A DNA stretch of 63,888 nt, the filler included, from Thraustochytrium aureum (Eukaryota): NCBI GenBank assembly GCA_012862495.1. It is 5 parts of 3 records of this genome, joined end to end, with 100 filler letters (N's around TTAATTAATTAA, not from the genome) between each part and the next. Parts side by side here need not be neighbours in the genome. Positions count along the whole stretch, not along the records: positions 52,132 to 59,705 come from BLSG01000428.1; positions 59,806 to 63,888 come from BLSG01000438.1; 3 more parts are not named here. One strand, given 5' to 3'. The translations under genes and the position numbers were made by a program. Under the pieces are notes generated by a model, which did no database searches, had not been told where the DNA came from, and was given only the letters and a program-made list of their open reading frames with translations. Position 1 is the first letter of the stretch. Every line of letters begins with the position of its first letter. Of the stretch, positions 57,329-63,888 are shown in pieces.

Positions 57329-59666
57329 ATGGCGCCTCACGGGAAGCGTTCGAGGGCACCGCCGGCCAACAAGGACCACACGCTCGGCGAGCTCCCTGTG
57401 AGCAAGGCCTACGACCTCCTGCTGAAATGCTGCGCAGAGCACGGGACCGTGGTGGTGGTCGGCGAGACGGGGAGCGGCAAGTCGACGCAGATCCCGCAGT
57501 TTTTGATGGAGAGGCGCACGTTCGGCGGAAGGATCGCCGTGACGCAGCCGAGGCGCGTGGCCGCCATGAGCCTGGCGCGCCGCGTCGCGTGGGAGCGCAA
57601 GTCGCCGCTCGGATCGCTCGTCGGGTACACGGTCCGGTTCGACGACCGCACGAGCAAGAAAACCCGGCTGAGGTTCCTGACGGACGGCATGCTCTTGCGC
57701 GAGGCCATGCTCGACCCGACGCTCCAGCGGTACTCGGTCGTCATGCTGGACGAGGCGCACGAGCGGTCGATGGGAACCGACATTCTGTTCGGCATAGTCA
57801 AGCGCGCTCAGCGCGCGCGGCGCAAGACGCGCATGCCGCTGCGCGTGGTCGTCATGTCTGCCACGCTCGACGTTGACATGTTCCTCAAGTACTTTGCCGA
57901 CGGCGCGACGCCAGGCGACCCTTTCGAGCAGCCCGTGGCCGTCTACATCGAGGGGAGGCAGCACCCTGTAAATGTGCTGTACGCGAGCGCACCGCAGACC
58001 GATTATCTGGACGCCGCCGTTGTGGCGACGCTCCAATCCCACCTTCGCGAAGGCGAGGGCGACATTCTGGTCTTCCTCACGGGCCAGGACGAAATCGAGA
58101 CTGGCGCCGAGCTGCTTGAGGAGAAGGCCAAGCAGCTCCCGCCAGACGCGCTCAAGCTCCTGGTCTGCCCCATGTTTGCGGCGCTGCCCGCGCACGAGCA
58201 ACTGCGCGTGTTCGAGCCCGCGCCGCCGGGCTCGCGCAAGGTGATTCTCGCTACAAACATCGCAGAGACCTCGATCACGATTAGCGGCGTGCGGTTCGTG
58301 GTGGACACCGGNNNNNNNNNNNNNNNNNNNNNNNNNNNNNNNNNNNNNNNNNNNNNNNNNNNNNNNNNNNNNNNNNNNNNNNNNNNNNNNNNNNNNNNNN
58401 NNNNNNNNNNNNNNNNNNNNNNNNNNNNNNNNNNNNNNNNNNNNNNNNNNNNNNNNNNNNNNNNNNNNNNNNNNNNNNNNNNNNNNNNNNNNNNNNNNNN
58501 NNNNNNNNNNNNNNNNNNNNNNNNNNNNNNNNNNNNNNNNNNNNNNNNNNNNNNNNNNNNNNNNNNNNNNNNNNNNNNNNNNNNNNNNNNNNNNNNNNNN
58601 NNNNNNNNNNNNNNNNNNNNNNNNNNNNNNNNNNNNNNNNNNNNNNNNNNNNNNNNNNNNNNNNNNNNNNNNNNNNNNNNNNNNNNNNNNNNNNNNNNNN
58701 NNNNNNNNNNNNNNNNNNNNNNNNNNNNNNNNNNNNNNNNNNNNNNNNNNNNNNNNNNNNNNNNNNNNNNNNNNNNNNNNNNNNNNNNNNNNNNNNNNNN
58801 NNNNNNNNNNNNNNNNNNNNNNNNNNNNNNNNNNNNNNNNNNNNNNNNNNNNNNNNNNNNNNNNNNNNNNNNNNNNNNNNNNNNNNNNNNNNNNNNNNNN
58901 NNNNNNNNNNNNNNNNNNNNNNNNNNNNNNNNNNNNNNNNNNNNNNNNNNNNNNNNNNNNNNNNNNNNNNNNNNNNNNNNNNNNNNNNNNNNNNNNNNNN
59001 NNNNNNNNNNNNNNNNNNNNNNNNNNNNNNNNNNNNNNNNNNNNNNNNNNNNNNNNNNNNNNNNNNNNNNATATGATGCTGCTCAAGGTGTACTCTGCGT
59101 TCAAGGAGGCAGGCTCGGACCGCGAGTGGTGCGCGAGCAACTTTGTCAAGCTCGGCACGCTGCTCAAGGCAGGCCGCGTGCGCGACCAGCTAGCAGCAAT
59201 GGTAGCCTCGGTGTGCCCCGAGCTCCAGGGCGGCGCGCTGCCCTCGTGCAAGAGCGACCCGGAGCCCATACTCAAGTGCCTGATCTCGTCCTTCTCGCTC
59301 CGCGTGGCGCGCCGGATGCCGGCAGACAGCACTCCTGGAGTGCGGTACAAGACCACTATGGAGGGCATCGAGACGCGCATCCACCCCTCGTCCGCGCTGG
59401 CGCGGCGCGACCCGATGCCCGAGTGGGTCCTTTTCAACGAGCTCGTGATGACTTCGAAAAAGTACCTCAAAGGCGTGGCTGCGGTGGAGGAGCGCTGGCT
59501 TGCTGAGCACGCACCGGCACTCTTTAGCATCAAGCAGGCGCACCAGCGCGACAAGCAAAAGCGCGTGCGGGAGGAGCGAGCGAGCGCGCGGCCGCCCCCT
59601 GGGCCCGAGCCGCGCGCAGGCAGCGAGGCTGCGGCCAAGCGGCGCAGCCTGCTGATGTGCGACTAG
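57329..59666 (+). CDS. DHX33: DEAH-box RNA helicase, DHX33-like; internal gap 58312-59070
   Basis: GETGSGKSTQIPQF, TQPRRVAA, DEAH, MSAT, IEGRQHPV, FLTGQDEIE, ATNIAETSITI. OB-fold C-terminus IHPSSAL...NELVMTSKKY. Confidence 0.88.
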
Positions 59667-59705
59667 CGCATGGGTTTTCTGGGCTCGTCGATTGGTGCCA
59701 AGAGC

Positions 59706-59805
59706 NNNNNNNNNNNNNNNNNNNNNNNNNNNNNNNNNNNNNNNNNNNNTTAATTAATTAANNNNNNNNNNNNNNNNNNNNNNNNNNNNNNNNNNNNNNN
59801 NNNNN
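59706..59805. other. Artificial scaffold-joining linker
   Basis: N44-TTAATTAATTAA-N44. Confidence 0.97.
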
Positions 59806-60127
59806 ACAAACGCAAGTTGCCTTGCGTTGTCGCGACGAGCCAGGCTCCTTTGGAGGCGCGGGTCTTGACCAAAGGCCAACGAAGTGCACTAGGCAGCGGC
59901 CCGAGGTCACCGCGGTCTGCGCGGGGCATGGCGCTCGCACCACGGGAACTCAACCAGCAAAACTTCAAAGGAACGCTTTCCGACAGTCCTACCCACACAT
60001 ATTGTGCGCCCCAAGGCAGGCGCAACGCGCAATTCCTCCCTCCCTCGTCCATTGAGTCGAGGTCGGGCCACTTCGGGCCCCCTTCGGCTCGAAAGGCGCG
60101 CCAGCCCACGTCCGCCTCGCGTCTGCA

Positions 60128-60502
60128 TCAAAATAGGTTGCTGTAAATGATGAGAAATATGAGAACGAGAAGTGGCGGAACGAACAGCGGCATGCCGAGA
60201 GCGCTGCCTTTGCTCTTCTTCTTCTTCGACGACGAAGACTTGGACGGTTTTTTGGCTTGGCCTTCTTCGCGTCCGAGTCGGCCTTGGTCTCAAGGTACTT
60301 TCGGACGTCGGCGTGTTCGCGCTGCACGGCCATCTCGAGCGCGGTCTTGTTGCCCTTCTTGGAGCGCGCCTTGAGGTCTGCGCCGCCGCGCACGAGCAGC
60401 TTGGCGCAGGCGAGCTGGCCGTGGAACGCGGCCATGTGCAGCGGCGTCTCGTCCTTGGTGGTCTTGATATTGACGTTGGCGCCATGCTTGATCAGAAACT
60501 TG
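60128..60502 (-). CDS. Ankyrin-repeat protein C-terminus with tail membrane anchor; 5' end in gap, indel in T-run 60248-60253
   Basis: HGANVNIKTTKDETPLHMAAFHGQLACAKLLVRGGAD. Adding one base gives ...KKKKSKGSALGMPLFVPPLLVLIFLIIYSNLF*. Confidence 0.8.
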
Positions 60503-61088
60503 NNNNNNNNNNNNNNNNNNNNNNNNNNNNNNNNNNNNNNNNNNNNNNNNNNNNNNNNNNNNNNNNNNNNNNNNNNNNNNNNNNNNNNNNNNNNNNNNNN
60601 NNNNNNNNNNNNNNNNNNNNNNNNNNNNNNNNNNNNNNNNNNNNNNNNNNNNNNNNNNNNNNNNNNNNNNNNNNNNNNNNNNNNNNNNNNNNNNNNNNNN
60701 NNNNNNNNNNNNNNNNNNNNNNNNNNNNNNNNNNNNNNNNNNNNNNNNNNNNNNNNNNNNNNNNNNNNNNNNNNNNNNNNNNNNNNNNNNNNNNNNNNNN
60801 NNNNNNNNNNNNNNNNNNNNNNNNNNNNNNNNNNNNNNNNNNNNNNNNNNNNNNNNNNNNNNNNNNNNNNNNNNNNNNNNNNNNNNNNNNNNNNNNNNNN
60901 NNNNNNNNNNNNNNNNNNNNNNNNNNNNNNNNNNNNNNNNNNNNNNNNNNNNNNNNNNNNNNNNNNNNNNNNNNNNNNNNNNNNNNNNNNNNNNNNNNNN
61001 NNNNNNNNNNNNNNNNNNNNNNNNNNNNNNNNNNNNNNNNNNNNNNNNNNNNNNNNNNNNNNNNNNNNNNNNNNNNNNAAGGGGCGAT

Positions 61089-62335
61089 ATGGCGCAGTGG
61101 TGCCAGAGCAACACGGATTGCCCGCAGAATGAGCTCTGCTACGCTGAGACGACGTGGATCAACGCGACGGACGAGGACGGGTGCTTGTGCAACACGTTTT
61201 ACGGATGGGGAGGCGACAGGTGCGAAACGCTGACGCGGTCAACTGCGTGGACTGGTGCCAGCAACTTTGCAACCTTCAACATTTGCCTTGCGTCGCTGAG
61301 CTTGCTGATCATTTCGGCAGCGCGCTTGCGCATGCGCAATAAACTCTTCAGCTTCAACGCACACACCGTGACGATAATGCTGTCCTCGCTCTCCGCGGTC
61401 TTCACCGCGTTGTGGGCCCTCGTTGTCTGCCTCAGCGCAGCGACGGTCCGCGGACCGCCGGTGATCGAGATCGAGTTTGGCGACCAGTACAAGGGGCGCT
61501 TCAACGCGTTGAGCACAGTGTTCGCCCCGCTGGGCATCGGGTTTGGCGGCATTGCTCTTATGCACATCAGCTTGATGTGGATTGAAATCGCCGACGCGTC
61601 CGGCCGGCTCTCTTCCAACATGCACAACAAGCTGAACCGCACGGTGAAGCTCATCTATGGGTGGGAGGCTTGCGCAGTCGTGTGCGGACTCTTTGCGACC
61701 GTCTTTGAGAAACTCCGTGGCCGCTCGGTGATGGGCTTTGCTCTCGCGCCTGTGGTCGTCTTTGTCATGTTGACGTACATGTGGGGGGCGCGCCAGCTCA
61801 CGGCCATCATTTCAAAGTCTGTCGAGTTGGAGGAAAGCAACATCGCCAGTGCCGTGTCGTCACCGGCCCGCACAGCCACCTCCGACAAGGAGGCTGCGAC
61901 CCAGGAAGAAGTGGGCGATGTGGACACGGATCCAGAGGCCCACGCAGGGCTGCCCGCGTCGCGTTCGCGGCAGAGCAGGATGTTTCAGGCGCTTCGGGAC
62001 GTCCGGACTCCGGTCACGCGAGCGGCGATTTACTTGCGGAGCCGCTCCGCTTCTCGCCTCTCCGAGGCGGAGCGCAAGCCGCTGCCGCGCAGCATGTTCC
62101 ACCGAGTCATGCGCAAGGTGCGCAACACTGCGATCGCAGCGAGCGCCGTGCTGTTTTTGTTCTCGTGACAAACCTTGGCATCTCGATTGTCGATGTGTCG
62201 TATGAGGCGGGCTGGAAGGAGGTGTTGCGGCCCGGCGCGAACTTTGTGGCCTACAAGGCGTTCCACCATCTCAACATCATGTCGGTCGCCCTCGCCAACT
62301 TTATCATCGCGATGTATACCTACGTAGACCCTTAG
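61089..62335 (+). CDS. EGF-like Cys-rich ectodomain + ~7-TM receptor-like membrane protein; indel near 62156
   Basis: CQSNTDCPQNELC...CLCNTFYGWGGDRC, then five hydrophobic helices, a long loop, and two more helices across the frameshift (ORF 61781-62335 tail). Confidence 0.7.
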
Positions 62336-62908
62336 TAGTTGGTTTGGTGTGGCACGCGCTCGACGAGGCGAGCGAGAACGCCACGTGGAGTTCGACTAAG
62401 TAGAGGGCGAGCGAGTACTTGGCAACTCTCCGTGTCATGCATGTCTGCCTTTTGTCTTGGTTGTCGCGCCTTGGCCCTTCATGCCCAGCCGACTTGCCGC
62501 GGCGACGTTGGCGTGTGCAAGCGCGTTTGCTGGGCGGTGCAGGTCCACAGTTGCGGCGGTCAGCTCGAGGCTCGACAATTTTTCTCGACGTACCCCCACT
62601 ACTGGTACTCTATAGTACTGCAAAGAAGGGAAGGATGGGAGAGTAGTAGGACGCTACCACACCGCTTCCCGACCCGAGCACACCCCGACGTCAACTGCGC
62701 GCAGGGGCTACTGACGCCAGCTGCGAGCGCGCAGCGCCTGCGCGGGCACGGGCCACGCAGGCGAGCCGGCTGGTGGGCGACAGACTGCGACAAGCAGTTG
62801 TGTAAGTGAGGCAGAGTACGCTACTCAGCCAGTAGAGTACACGTTGCCAACCCGCAGGCAGTTGCTCGCGCGCAAGGCTGCCGCCGGCCGCGACGCTTGG
62901 CGAGCAGC

Positions 62909-62950
62909 CTTGGCGGGGCACCGGGTGCGCTTGGCGGGGCACCGGGTGCG
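62909..62950. repeat. 21-bp tandem duplication (CTTGGCGGGGCACCGGGTGCG x2)
   Basis: Read directly from the sequence, upstream of the GT7 gene. Confidence 0.75.
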
Positions 62951-63085
62951 CGTGGCGCGCCGGTGAGCTGTGGCTTTCATCTGTCTCTCCGCACGGGCGG
63001 CATGATGCCTGGCCCGCCTTCGCTGAGGGAGCCGTGGCCACGCAGACGGTCGGTCCCAGGGTCAAAGGCTGGCCAGATAAAAGCG

Positions 63086-63888
63086 ATGGTATCGGACGCG
63101 ATCCCAAGGGCAAAAGCATGCTTCAGCGCCTTCATGGAATGGAGGCTCAAGCTGTCGCTACGTCTGGTCGCGGCAGGACTGGTTGCGCTCGGGTTCACAA
63201 CCCTTTGCGCTTACTTTTACCTCACGTTCGAGGAGCCAATGCCCCTGCCTGCAGCTCCGACTGTCGCTGCACCCGGGAGGATGTACTTTTCCAAGATGAC
63301 GGACATCATCGAGCCAGAGCACGTTCAGGCGGCCTGGCCAGACGCAAAACGCGCCACATACGAGCACGTCGTTGCGACACAAAGGAGGATCGACAACGCC
63401 ACCTTGAAACTGATTGACAGCGGGGTGCCTCTCCCAAGTCCGGGCAAGCCGCGCGGCCGGACGGCCATCGTGGTTCCGTACCGCGACAGGATGGCCAACT
63501 GGGGTCCTGTGGCGGCACTACATGACCACGTACCTGGAGAATTTTGAGGGGTGGGCCTTCCAGGTGATCCTGGTCGAGCAAGCCGACGACCGCCTCTTCA
63601 ACCGCGGCCGCCTGGCAAACGTCGGGATAAACTATGTGAGGTCGAACCGCGAGTACAAGTTCGACTGCATCGCGGTTCACGACGTCGACCACTTGCCCTT
63701 CCCAGGGGTCGACTACACGGATTGCTCCCGCCCCTACCACCTCTCGTACTCGTTGCAGTCGCTCGGATGGAAGCCATTCTACATCAACTATTTTGGCGGC
63801 GCCACGCTCATGAGCGTGGAGGACTGGACCAAGGTCAACGGATTCGACAACGACTATTGGGGCTGGGGCGGCGAGGACGACGACCTCC
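63086..63888 (+). CDS. Beta-1,4-galactosyltransferase-like (GT7), type II membrane; indel at G-run 63501-63504, runs off window end
   Basis: TAIVVPYRDR, VEQADDRLFNRGRLANVG, HDVDHLP, YFGG, VNGFDNDYWGWGGEDDDL. Confidence 0.93.

Noticed and set aside
18120..63510. Programmed ribosomal frameshifting or mass pseudogenisation
   Set aside because: Shifts go in both directions, lack a shared motif, sit mostly in homopolymers and hit conserved genes such as TBCE and MARCH6 that are otherwise intact.

Overview
Eukaryotic, GC-rich, gene-dense and nearly intron-free genomic DNA. The gene content and style suggest a heterotrophic stramenopile, probably a thraustochytrid/labyrinthulomycete (inference). 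The window is not one natural locus. Four artificial 100-nt linkers (N44-TTAATTAATTAA-N44) join five scaffolds (1-14092, 14193-31562, 31663-52031, 52132-59705, 59806-63888), and many N gaps lie inside them. About a dozen genes carry single-base frameshifts, mostly in short homopolymers, which are most likely sequencing errors. Recognisable genes: ABCC/MRP transporter, Lag1 ceramide synthase, MARCH6/Doa10 ligase, carotenoid-cleavage oxygenase (one 74-nt intron), MerA-like flavoprotein disulfide reductase, GDT1/TMEM165, KH protein, CRAL-TRIO protein, class C GPCR, LRR protein, TBCE, RINGv protein, calreticulin, TOG-domain protein, PPP2R3C, DHX33-like helicase, ankyrin protein, EGF+multi-TM protein and a GT7 galactosyltransferase. 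The best candidates for novelty are protein architectures rather than an operon-like system: a C2 protein alternating Tudor-like barrels with an unrecognised ~65-aa repeat, a small protein with two Rad50-type zinc-hook motifs, two proteins carrying CysRS-derived modules (one fused to a methyltransferase), an EF-hand-GDT1 fusion, a RINGv+DUF179-like protein, an internally duplicated membrane protein, and a decayed Crinkler-like gene. No rRNA, tRNA, CRISPR array or intact transposon was recognised. All family assignments come from motif recognition by eye, not from database searches.
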